From: Gemmatimonadota bacterium
GTDB lineage: Bacteria > Gemmatimonadota > Gemmatimonadetes > Palauibacterales > Palauibacteraceae
Length of the DNA stretch: 26,509 nucleotides
Assembly: GCA_039588275.1 (NCBI GenBank)
Contig: JBDHAC010000040.1
Location: forward strand, 1-26,509
Direction: 5' to 3'
Position numbers and translations under genes: made by a program. The notes under the pieces are model-generated. The model did not search any database. It worked only from the letters and a program-made list of their open reading frames with translations, and was not told where the DNA came from. This document shows, piece after piece, positions 1 through 7,992 of this stretch. How positions within the stretch are numbered: the first letter of the stretch is position 1; the number at the start of each line of letters is the position of its first letter.

Positions 1-177
1 GTGTTGAGCGCCGGGAGACTGGGGGTGCGACACGACCTCTCTCCGGCCGCCGGGGTCGTTCTCGCCGCCGCCCGCCAGTGCGAGGGTCGCGTGTGGACGC
101 TCGAAGAGGAGTTGAGGGCCGTGGAAGGGGTGCAGTATCGACCGCGCACGGGCCCCCGCAAATGGGGAGGCGAGTAG
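1..177 (+). CDS. C-terminal part of PIN-domain (VapC-like) protein, 5' truncated by window
   Basis: Frame 1 is open from base 1 to TAG 175-177: VLSAGRLGVRHDLSPAAGVVLAAARQCEGRVWTLEEELRAVEGVQYRPR... It resembles the VapC C-terminal pattern (AAxLxxxHxLxxADSxIxAxAxxxxAxLWTQDxDFxxxxGVxY), recognised by eye. Not in the ORF track. Confidence 0.55.
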   Translation: MLSAGRLGVRHDLSPAAGVVLAAARQCEGRVWTLEEELRAVEGVQYRPRTGPRKWGGE

Positions 178-178
178 T

Positions 179-682
179 TTAGGTCGCTCCGCTCCTGAGT
201 CGCTCCGCCTCGGCCACGTACTGCTCGAGCGTGATTCGCCCCTCCAAGTAACGGCGCTGCAATCGCCGCCAGGCGTGTGTCCCCATCGCTTCGGCCGACG
301 CGCTCCCCGCCACGCCCCGCAGGGCACTCGCGAGCTTCTCTCTAGCGCCCGGTCCGCGATCTGACCGAGAGGTCGCCAGGCTTCCCGCGGGTGGAGCGAC
401 GCCGGCCGGCGCCGGTAGCCCGACAGACCGCTGCGTCGCGATGCGGTGGTACAGGCGCGGGTGTGCGACGGCGACGATGTCTTCCACGAGGCTGCGAACG
501 TCTTGCCGGCAGCACGACCACATGCCGGGTAGCGCGGCACGCACGCGTCGGGCGACGATCCCAACCTGATCTACCCACCCGCGCAGCACCCGCGCGGCGC
601 GCTCGCGGCTCCACTCCCAACCCTCCCCACGTTTCCCAGCCAACCCGACCAGCAGCACGAACAACAGGAAGGCTTCGAACAT
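179..682 (-). CDS. Hypothetical membrane-anchored protein with C-terminal SHOCT-like motif
   Basis: ATG 4 nt downstream of the PadR stop; hydrophobic N-terminus (FLLFVLLVGLAG); C-terminal LQRRYLEGRITLEQY matches SHOCT-type LxxRyaxGeIxxEEY. Confidence 0.6.
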   Translation of the reverse strand: MFEAFLLFVLLVGLAGKRGEGWEWSRERAARVLRGWVDQVGIVARRVRAALPGMWSCCRQDVRSLVEDIVAVAHPRLYHRIATQRSVGLPAPAGVAPPAGSLATSRSDRGPGAREKLASALRGVAGSASAEAMGTHAWRRLQRRYLEGRITLEQYVAEAERLRSGAT

Positions 683-686
683 GGTG

Positions 687-1268
687 CTAGCCCTCGCTCG
701 TTGCCGGCTCGCCCGATTTGGGCCAGGCCTGTTCGATCTCCCGCGCGGCCCTGTCGAGGATCTCTTTCAGGGCTTCGATCTTCCCCTCGTCACGGTTCTC
801 GCCCACGGCGCGATCGAAGCTGACCTGAGCCAGGCGGATGAACGAACGAGTGAGATCGCGCATTTCGGTGCCGGTGAACCGCTCGCCCAGGTTCACGAAG
901 CGATCGAAGATGTCGTCGTGTCGGGCGGTGTGCTTCTCGAGGAACGCGAGCCCCTCTTGGGTGATCCGGTAGGTCTTCTTTCCATCCGCTTCCTCCGATG
1001 CCACGAAGCCCTGGTCTTCGAGCATCTGGAGGGTGGGGTAGACCGACCCCGGGCTGGGGGAGTATACGCCACCCGACTCCTCTTCCAGGCGGCGGATGAT
1101 CTCGTATCCGTGCATGGGCTGCCCGCGCAGCAGTCCGAGGATGACATACTTCAGATCGCCCTTCCGGACGACGCGGCGCTTGGGGCCCAACGGTCGCCCG
1201 AACGCGAAAACGCCTGGTCCGCAGCAGTTGGCCCAGGCGCCGAATCCAAAATCACGACCCGTCAGCAT
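687..1268 (-). CDS. PadR-family transcriptional regulator
   Basis: GDLKYVILGLL..PMHGYEIIRRLEE..YSPSPGSVYPTLQMLED..KKTYRIT winged-helix signature. Start moved to ATG 1268 (MLTGRDFG), with AGGAG SD upstream. Confidence 0.93.
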   Translation of the reverse strand: MLTGRDFGFGAWANCCGPGVFAFGRPLGPKRRVVRKGDLKYVILGLLRGQPMHGYEIIRRLEEESGGVYSPSPGSVYPTLQMLEDQGFVASEEADGKKTYRITQEGLAFLEKHTARHDDIFDRFVNLGERFTGTEMRDLTRSFIRLAQVSFDRAVGENRDEGKIEALKEILDRAAREIEQAWPKSGEPATSEG

Positions 1269-1355
1269 CGCGCTTTCGCTCCTGACTTGATCCCGGTTTG
1301 AGACGTGTGAACGGTCATCGGTGCGTCGAGTGGCTCCGACGTATCGCGACCTGTC

Positions 1356-1393
1356 ACGATATATCGTATACGTATCAATACCGATATATCGGT
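1356..1393. promoter_or_regulatory. Two perfect palindromic operators (ACGATATATCGT 1356-1367; ACCGATATATCGGT 1380-1393), probable PadR autoregulatory sites
   Basis: Both palindromes are read directly in an AT-rich patch upstream of padR and share the core CGATATATCG; a degenerate third copy CGACGTATCG lies at 1337-1346. Confidence 0.8.
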
Positions 1394-1403
1394 TCACTGT
1401 CAA
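1375..1403 (-). promoter_or_regulatory. Sigma70-type promoter for padR
   Basis: Minus strand TTGACA (1403-1398), 17-nt spacer, then TATTGA(T); one palindrome fills the spacer. Confidence 0.6.
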
Positions 1404-1421
1404 GATCGCGGCACGTCTCGA

Positions 1422-1448
1422 GAAAGGGCCCTCCGTTATGGGCCTTTC
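1422..1448 (-). terminator. Probable intrinsic terminator after VOC gene
   Basis: Inverted repeat GAAAGG(G)CCC..GGGCCTTTC immediately after the stop at 1453; the U-tract is short. Confidence 0.5.
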
Positions 1449-1452
1449 GGTG

Positions 1453-2229
1453 CTATGTGGCGGGCGGCTCCCAGAGCTCGACCCGGTGGCCCTCGGGGTC
1501 CAGGATCCACCCGAAGCGACCGTAGTCGTACTCCTCGAGACGAGGGTCCACCTCCACATCGGCGGCCCGCAGACGGGCGAGAAGATCGTCGAGGCCGCGC
1601 ACCCGCAGGTTGATCATGAACGGCTTGTCGCTCGGATCGAAGTAATCCGTGTCGGCGGGAAACGGCTCCCAAGCCGTGAACGCCGGGGCACCGTCCGGCT
1701 CGCGCCAGCCGAAGCCGACGTACCCATCCGGGCCCGGGGTCACGCCCAGCCGCTCCGCGTACCACGCCTTGATCGAGCCGGGGTCTCCGGTCTTGAAGAA
1801 GATGCCGCCCAATCCGATCACCGGTCCCGACTGCCGAGTGCGCCCCGGAAGATCGCCCGCCGGCTCCCACAGCTCGACCCGATGTCCCTCGGGGTCCATG
1901 ACCCAGGCGAAACGTCCGTCCTCGCTCTCGAAGATCTCGTCGTGCACCGCCTCGCCGGCCCCGCGCAGCGACTCGACGAGCGGGTCGAGCCCGACGACGC
2001 GGTAGTTGATCATGAACGGTTTGTCGCTCGGATCGAAGTAGTCGGTGTCGTCCGGAAACGGACCCCAAACGGTGAGGGCGCGCTCTCCGGGTCGGTCGTC
2101 GTCGAATCCCTCGAACCAGACGCCCCCCCCGTCATCGGACGCCATCCCCAGGTGGTCCCGATACCATGCGCGCAAAGCATCCGGCGCCGCCGACTTGAAG
2201 AAGATCCCGCCGATCCCCGTAACCGCCAT
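1453..2229 (-). CDS. VOC/glyoxalase-family protein, two tandem domains
   Basis: Two repeats each with GIGG(I)FFK..W Y..LG, DTDYFDPSDKPFMIN and GRF.W..DPEGHRVELWEP; start overlaps the SDR stop. Confidence 0.9.
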   Translation of the reverse strand: MAVTGIGGIFFKSAAPDALRAWYRDHLGMASDDGGGVWFEGFDDDRPGERALTVWGPFPDDTDYFDPSDKPFMINYRVVGLDPLVESLRGAGEAVHDEIFESEDGRFAWVMDPEGHRVELWEPAGDLPGRTRQSGPVIGLGGIFFKTGDPGSIKAWYAERLGVTPGPDGYVGFGWREPDGAPAFTAWEPFPADTDYFDPSDKPFMINLRVRGLDDLLARLRAADVEVDPRLEEYDYGRFGWILDPEGHRVELWEPPAT

Positions 2230-3005
2230 CAGATCTCCTCGCGGTGCACGACGTACACATTCCGCTGTGCCGTCGGGAGGAGCAGCACGTCGGCGACGTT
2301 GACGTGCTCGGGCGCGTTCACGACGAAGTGCACCACCTCCGCTACGTCTGCGGCGCTCAACGGCTGGAATCCGCTATACACGGACTCCGCCTTTTCCTCG
2401 TCTCCGTGGAAGCGCACCGAAGCGAATTCCGTATGCACGAAGCCGGGATCGACGCTCGAGACGCGTAGCGGAGTCCCGGCCACGTCCAGGTTCATGCCTT
2501 CCGAGAGGGCTCGGACGGCGAACTTCGAGGCGTTGTACACGTTGCCCTTCGGGTAGACCTGGTGGCCCGCCGTGCTGCCGATGTTCACGACGTGCCCGAT
2601 ACCTCTCTCGATCATGGCAGGTAGCAGGGCGCGGGTGACGAACAGGAGGCCCTTGACGTTCGTGTCGATCATACGATCCCAGTCCTCGAGATCGCCTTCC
2701 TGTACCGTCGCGAGCCCGGCCGCGAGCCCCGCGTTGTTGAGGAGGATGTCCGGAACCCACCCGTCCTCGAGGAGCGCCGCAGCCTCGGCGGCGACGGCAT
2801 CGCGGTCCCGCACATCCACTTCCGCGACCCTGACCTCGATCCCGTGCGACGAGGAAAGCTCCAGGGCCAAGGCGTCCAATCGCGGACCGCGACGGGCCCA
2901 TAAAGCGAGGTCCGCTCCTGCCTCGCCAAGCCGTCGGGCGCAGGCGGCTCCGATCCCGGAGCTCGCTCCGGTGATGAGGACCCGCTTCCCGGTCAGCCGA
3001 TTCAT
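2229..3005 (-). CDS. SDR family NAD(P)-dependent oxidoreductase (YdfG-like 3-hydroxy acid dehydrogenase)
   Basis: TGASSGIG, NNAGLA.G, MIDTNVKG, YNASK catalytic YxxxK, TEFASVRFHGD and HVNV motifs typical of the YdfG clade. Confidence 0.9.
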   Translation of the reverse strand: MNRLTGKRVLITGASSGIGAACARRLGEAGADLALWARRGPRLDALALELSSSHGIEVRVAEVDVRDRDAVAAEAAALLEDGWVPDILLNNAGLAAGLATVQEGDLEDWDRMIDTNVKGLLFVTRALLPAMIERGIGHVVNIGSTAGHQVYPKGNVYNASKFAVRALSEGMNLDVAGTPLRVSSVDPGFVHTEFASVRFHGDEEKAESVYSGFQPLSAADVAEVVHFVVNAPEHVNVADVLLLPTAQRNVYVVHREEI

Positions 3006-4762
3006 GATGTCGCCTCTCGCTCGAACACCAGCTCGCCCTCGACGAAGGTGAGGTCCACGCGGACGTTTTCAATATCGGCCGGATCGACCGCGAGAACGTC
3101 GTCCGAGAGCACGACCAGATCCGCGTAGAATCCCGGCGCGATCGTCCCGAGCTCCGACTCGAGGTAACTGGCGTATGCGTTCGCGCTCGTGTACGCGGTC
3201 ACGGCCTCCTCGACGGAGATCTTCTGTCTCGGTACCCACCCCTCCGGGTTACGGCCATCGATCGTGCGGCGTGTGACGGCCGCATAGATGCCCAGGAGGG
3301 GGTCGAGGGGCGCGACGGTCCAATCGCTCCCGAAGGTGAGCGGAGCTCCCGAGTCCAACAGATCCCGAAAGGCATACGTGAGGTCGATTCGCTCGGGGCC
3401 GATGCGATTGATGGCCCAGCGTCCATCGTCGATGGCATGGTACGGTTGCATCGACGGAATAACCCCCCCCGCCGCGAACCGCTCGATGGCATCGGGTCGC
3501 AGGTGCTGTGCGTGCTCGACTCGGAAGCGTCGATCGCGAGGCCCGTTCACGCTTTCGGCGTCCGCGAACGCATCCAACAGCCAATCGTTCGCTCGCGTCC
3601 CGATCGCGTGCACGATCACGTGCAACCCGGCGGCATCGGCCGCCGTGATGTCGCGCCGCAGCTCGGTCGTGTCCGTGACCATCAACCCACGCTCGCCGGG
3701 CGCGTCCTCGTACGGTTCGTAAAACCAGGCCGTCGTCGAACCGAGCGACCCATCCACATACGCCTTCAGACCGCCCCAGAATAACCGGTGATCTCCGCGT
3801 CCTTCCGCCGCGACCAGATCGCGCATGCGCTCCCAGGTGGCGAGCGGCACGACCGCGTATACCCGCAACGGGAGAGAGCCCCGGGCACGCGCGCGGCGGT
3901 AGGTCTCGAGCCCCTCCCAGGTCCCCATGTCGGTGATTAGCGTCACGCCGCGCTCCACCGCGTGTCGCGCTGCGGCGTCGAGCGCGCGGTCGAGCTCGTC
4001 CTCGGACCGCGGTGGCATACGGTCGAAGGCGAAAGCCTGCGCCGCATCCTTCAAGACGCCGGTCGCGCGCCCGCGGGCGTCTCGGACGATCGTCCCGCCG
4101 TCCGGATCCGGAGTGGACGCGCTGATCCCGGCGAGCTCCAGAGCCCGAGAGTTGGCGAGACCCATGTGCCCATCGAGTCGCTGGACGAAGACAGGAGTCT
4201 CGGCGGTGAGCGAGTCTATCCAGTCGCGGTGCGGCAAGGCTCCGCCCCACAGCTCGTGGTCCCACTGGCCCCCGGTCACCCACCGTCCCGGGTGATCGGA
4301 GGCGAACCGTCCGATTCGGCTGGCGAACTCATCGGGTGTGTCAGCGTCGCGCAGTTGCACCCCGCTGAGCTCGAAACCGCCATCGAGGAAATGAGTATGG
4401 TTGTCGATGAGTCCCGGGATCACGCGACGCCCGTTCAGGGCCACGTGTCGCGTTTGGGATCCGATCCACTCCCCGATCCGAGCATCCGATCCGACGGCCG
4501 CGATGCGCCCGCCACGCACCGCGATCGCAGTCGGCTCGTCGCCTTCACTCGGATCGGACGTCCACACGCGTCCACCCGTGAGGACGAGATCGGCCGGTGG
4601 GTCCAGCTCATTGGTCGGCGACATTCCGGAGTCCTCCTCCCGGTCTCCGCACCCGGCAGAGAGCCACGCGGTCGTCGTGATCGCGATCATGGCGGCGCGG
4701 ATGATGGGCCTTCCGGTCACCTGGAGCCGCCCGTCGCGGCCTCGCGTCGGCGTCACGATCAC
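3002..4762 (-). CDS. Amidohydrolase_3 / YtcJ-like metal-dependent hydrolase, probable lipoprotein
   Basis: PGLIDNHTH, DGSLGS, HAIG, RVEHAQ, GSDW motifs; lipobox LSAGC; GTG start overlaps the upstream TGA (true start may be a downstream Met). Confidence 0.9.
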   Translation of the reverse strand: MIVTPTRGRDGRLQVTGRPIIRAAMIAITTTAWLSAGCGDREEDSGMSPTNELDPPADLVLTGGRVWTSDPSEGDEPTAIAVRGGRIAAVGSDARIGEWIGSQTRHVALNGRRVIPGLIDNHTHFLDGGFELSGVQLRDADTPDEFASRIGRFASDHPGRWVTGGQWDHELWGGALPHRDWIDSLTAETPVFVQRLDGHMGLANSRALELAGISASTPDPDGGTIVRDARGRATGVLKDAAQAFAFDRMPPRSEDELDRALDAAARHAVERGVTLITDMGTWEGLETYRRARARGSLPLRVYAVVPLATWERMRDLVAAEGRGDHRLFWGGLKAYVDGSLGSTTAWFYEPYEDAPGERGLMVTDTTELRRDITAADAAGLHVIVHAIGTRANDWLLDAFADAESVNGPRDRRFRVEHAQHLRPDAIERFAAGGVIPSMQPYHAIDDGRWAINRIGPERIDLTYAFRDLLDSGAPLTFGSDWTVAPLDPLLGIYAAVTRRTIDGRNPEGWVPRQKISVEEAVTAYTSANAYASYLESELGTIAPGFYADLVVLSDDVLAVDPADIENVRVDLTFVEGELVFEREATS

Positions 4763-6963
4763 CTCCGTGATCCGGCATCGGAATCCGTAGCCGCTGTCGC
4801 CTCACCCGTCAGCATCCGATCGAAGAAGTCAGCCGTCGCGCGGTATGCCGCGAGCCAATTCCGGTGGAGCAGAAAGCTGTGGACCTCGTCGGGGAACACG
4901 AGCTGCTCGACGTGCACGCTCCGTCGCTCCAGCGCTTCAATGAGATCCACCGACTCCGAGAACGGAACGTTGCGGTCGTCGTCGCCGTGAATGAGCAGCA
5001 CGGGTGATCGCCAGCCTTCGATCGCGGCCATGGGAGAGGATTCGAACGCGAGGCGCGCCACCTCCGCCCGCTTCTCGGCTTGATAGGAAGGGACGAAGTT
5101 CCGGATCACGACGTTCCAGTCGTGGACGCCGTGCAGATCGACGCCGGCGGCGAACAAGTCGGAATCCCGTGCGAGTCCGAGCGCCGTCAGATACCCGCCG
5201 TACGAGCCGCCCCACAAGCCGATCCGCTCCGGATCCACGTCCGTCCGTTGAGCCAGATACCGGCCGGCGGCCACCACGTCGCGGTATTCGCTCGCGCCGC
5301 GTGCTCCGTAGTCGAGCGCTTCGCGAAACTCCATGCCGTACCCGATGCCGCTTCGGTAGTTGACCGAGAGCACGATGTAGCCCCGGCTCGCCAGGTACTG
5401 GTTCATCGCGTAGGCGTTGTGGTAGTAGCCCCGATAATGCCACCCGAGGAGCATCTGGCGTCGCGAGCCGCCATGGAAGAAGAGCACGGCGGGGCGGCGA
5501 TCACCGGACTGCAGATCCATAGGCGTGAACAGCTGCCCGTGGATCTCCAGTCCATCCTCGGCGACGAACGTCACCGCATCGGGGGTAACGAGCTGTCCTA
5601 CGGGAAAGTCCGCCGGAATCTCCGGATCCAGTCGGAGCCGTCGCCCGTCGGCCCGCAGAATCTCCGCGTGCGCGGGAGTCCGCGCATCCGAGGCCAGAAA
5701 CGCGACAGCTCCTCCGTCGGCGGCCGCTGCCGGGGACCACTCGATCCCGGGACCCTGTGTCAGTGGTTCCGGCGCACCGCTCGCCACATCGATGGACCAC
5801 AGATGTCTCCGATCGATGTCCGCCTCGTTGGACGAGTAGATGAGTCGCTCTCGGTCCCGCGTCAGCGTGACGTGCTCGACTTCGAAGGCGCCTGGGGTGA
5901 GAAGGCTCGGCTCGCCGCCGTCGGCGGCGACGGTGTACAGGTGTGTCCATCCGTCGCGCTCCCAGGGGAACACGATCTGATCTCCCGCCGTCCACCACAG
6001 CTGGTCCGCCGCCTCCACCCGGCGAAACGCGCTGCCGCGCCCCGCCGAGGCGCTCCACACCTCGGATCCGATTCCGCTCGTCACGTCCACCATCCGTATG
6101 GACCAGGGGAGGGCCGAGCGCCTCGGCGCGAACGGTACCCGGTCGCGCTCGTTGAGGATGCGGAGGAAGGCGAGGCGGCCCCCGTCCGGTGACCAGGTCG
6201 GCGAGCCGTCACGGCCGAGGGCCGGGTCCAGATACCGAACGCTGCCATCGTCGACCGAGAACAGGCCGATGAAGCTGTGATCGCCCCGACTGCTCACAAA
6301 GGCCAGGTGGGTACCATCCGGAGACCAGCGCAACGAACCGGCGGTGCCGCGAGTCCGAAGCAGTTGCCGCGCCTCGACCGCCTGAGCCTCCTCACCCTCA
6401 CCCGCATCCGCCCCGGCTTCCCTCGAGATCTCGTCCAGGCCGATGGCCCAGATCTGGCCGCGACGCAGAAAGACCAGACGAGATCCATCCGGTGACGGAG
6501 TGGGTGAAGAGCCAGCCGCGACGCGGCGTGGCTGGCCAGCCTCCGGGCCGTCGATATCCACGATCCAGATGACCCGCTCCGCTCCCTGCGCATCGCTAGT
6601 CGGGTTGGGAATCTCGCCACCCCGGTTGGGCGCGCCTCCGCGGACGAACAACAGCTGTCGGTCGTCCGCGGTAAATCGCAGGCTCGAGAGCTCTTGACCG
6701 TCGTCCTCCATGTACGAGGTGAGCTGCTGACTCGCGTACTCGGCTGGACGCGCGATCCAGATGTTCCGCACACCGCGTTCGTTCGAGACCCACGCGAATC
6801 CCCCGCTTCGGTGATCGGCCACGAGGCCCGACGGGAACGGCGCTCCCATGATCCGCTCGATGGAGTACGGCTCCTGCGCGGCGAGACCCCGCACGGGACC
6901 CAAAGCCGTGCAGATGAGCGTGAATGAGGCGAATCGTCTTCCGAGGTGCCCGGCGCAGTTCAT
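4759..6963 (-). CDS. Secreted S9 (prolyl oligopeptidase/acylaminoacyl peptidase family) serine peptidase
   Basis: Signal peptide, WSPDG propeller repeats, triad GGSYGG / HGDDDRNV / DEVH. Start set at ATG 6963 (MNCAGH) with GAAGGAG SD. Confidence 0.92.
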   Translation of the reverse strand: MNCAGHLGRRFASFTLICTALGPVRGLAAQEPYSIERIMGAPFPSGLVADHRSGGFAWVSNERGVRNIWIARPAEYASQQLTSYMEDDGQELSSLRFTADDRQLLFVRGGAPNRGGEIPNPTSDAQGAERVIWIVDIDGPEAGQPRRVAAGSSPTPSPDGSRLVFLRRGQIWAIGLDEISREAGADAGEGEEAQAVEARQLLRTRGTAGSLRWSPDGTHLAFVSSRGDHSFIGLFSVDDGSVRYLDPALGRDGSPTWSPDGGRLAFLRILNERDRVPFAPRRSALPWSIRMVDVTSGIGSEVWSASAGRGSAFRRVEAADQLWWTAGDQIVFPWERDGWTHLYTVAADGGEPSLLTPGAFEVEHVTLTRDRERLIYSSNEADIDRRHLWSIDVASGAPEPLTQGPGIEWSPAAAADGGAVAFLASDARTPAHAEILRADGRRLRLDPEIPADFPVGQLVTPDAVTFVAEDGLEIHGQLFTPMDLQSGDRRPAVLFFHGGSRRQMLLGWHYRGYYHNAYAMNQYLASRGYIVLSVNYRSGIGYGMEFREALDYGARGASEYRDVVAAGRYLAQRTDVDPERIGLWGGSYGGYLTALGLARDSDLFAAGVDLHGVHDWNVVIRNFVPSYQAEKRAEVARLAFESSPMAAIEGWRSPVLLIHGDDDRNVPFSESVDLIEALERRSVHVEQLVFPDEVHSFLLHRNWLAAYRATADFFDRMLTGEATAATDSDAGSRR

Positions 6964-7120
6964 GCTCGCTCCTTCCCTCTGGTGCCGCGGTGCTCGCGAG
7001 AAATCCGAAAAAAAGGTAGGTGGACCGGTCGGCCCCTGACCAGTCGTACCGGGGTCGGCAGGTCGATCAACGTCACGGAGCATTCGGGCCGGCCGGTGGC
7101 AGACCGCGGGAGAGCTCCTG

Positions 7121-7969
7121 CTAGTGGCGGCGCAGGAAATAGAAGCAGCGGTGGCTGGCTGGCGCCCGGTGGAAGCTCTGCACCATGTAGCCTTTCTCGA
7201 GGTAGTGCAGGAAGGCACGGCGCGTGGCCTCACGCCAGCGCCGTGCGTCGGCCGGCGACCTCATGGCAAGCTCACTCGCGTCGAACGGAATCTCGATCAA
7301 TACCGAGTTCGTGCCAGGAAGCTCGGGCGGGCCGGCCAGCCTCTCGGTCGGGTCGGGAGGACTGACCACCGGAGCCTCGGCCGCAGCTTCGCTCGTCTGG
7401 GTCAGCTCGCCCTCGATCGCCCACAGGGTTCTCTGGCTCCTCAGCTCCCATTGGACGATCAGGCGGTCGGTATCTCCCATGGAATGCAGGGGGCTGCCCG
7501 TCTCTCGGCCGTACATGTTGGGCACGTACCCGGCGATGTCGACGCCGAGCCGGTTCAGGTTCAGATAAGCGTTGCGCGCGATTAGGGGGTCGAAGGTCCA
7601 GAAGACTCGGTCTATCCCCTTCTTGAGCAGCTCTTCCCTCTGATAGAGCTTCAGCCGGCGGCCCAGCCCGCTGCCCTGCGCATCCGGGTGCACCGCGAGC
7701 ATGTGAGACCAGTGCACCGGCACCTCGTCGCGCGTCCCCTGGAGGCTGAAGACAAAGCCGACGAGTCGCTCCCTCTCGGTGAAGGCTCCGGCGACGAGCC
7801 CGCCCACCTTCTGCGTCACGAACAGCAACGAGCCCGGAACGAACTCCGAGAACGTGTCGCCCCAGGTGATGCGCTGTAGGTGCACGCAGGCGTCGAATTC
7901 CGCCAGGCGCTCCAGGTGCCTGAGGGTGAAGGGTCCCTCTTCCACGGGGGTTTTCGGTCGGTTCCTCAT
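7121..7969 (-). CDS. GNAT-family N-acyltransferase (NSAR-associated, putative D-amino acid N-succinyltransferase)
   Basis: HWSHMLAVHP..QGSGLGRRLK, WTFDPL..RNAYLNL..LG, Y..NMYG and TDRL..W motifs of the GNAT type found beside NSAR/OSBS genes. Confidence 0.85.
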   Translation of the reverse strand: MRNRPKTPVEEGPFTLRHLERLAEFDACVHLQRITWGDTFSEFVPGSLLFVTQKVGGLVAGAFTERERLVGFVFSLQGTRDEVPVHWSHMLAVHPDAQGSGLGRRLKLYQREELLKKGIDRVFWTFDPLIARNAYLNLNRLGVDIAGYVPNMYGRETGSPLHSMGDTDRLIVQWELRSQRTLWAIEGELTQTSEAAAEAPVVSPPDPTERLAGPPELPGTNSVLIEIPFDASELAMRSPADARRWREATRRAFLHYLEKGYMVQSFHRAPASHRCFYFLRRH

Positions 7970-7992
7970 ACCCTCGACTCAGTGGTGCCGGG

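Noticed and set aside
1269..1559. N-terminal extension of the PadR ORF to 1559
   Set aside because: It runs through the promoter, operators, terminator and the VOC gene end; the SD-supported ATG at 1268 fits better.
6964..7233. Extension of the S9 ORF to 7233, and the minus-strand T7 run near 7008-7014 as a terminator
   Set aside because: The extension overlaps the GNAT gene and precedes the signal peptide; the stem before the T-run is imperfect and not adjacent, so no terminator is called.
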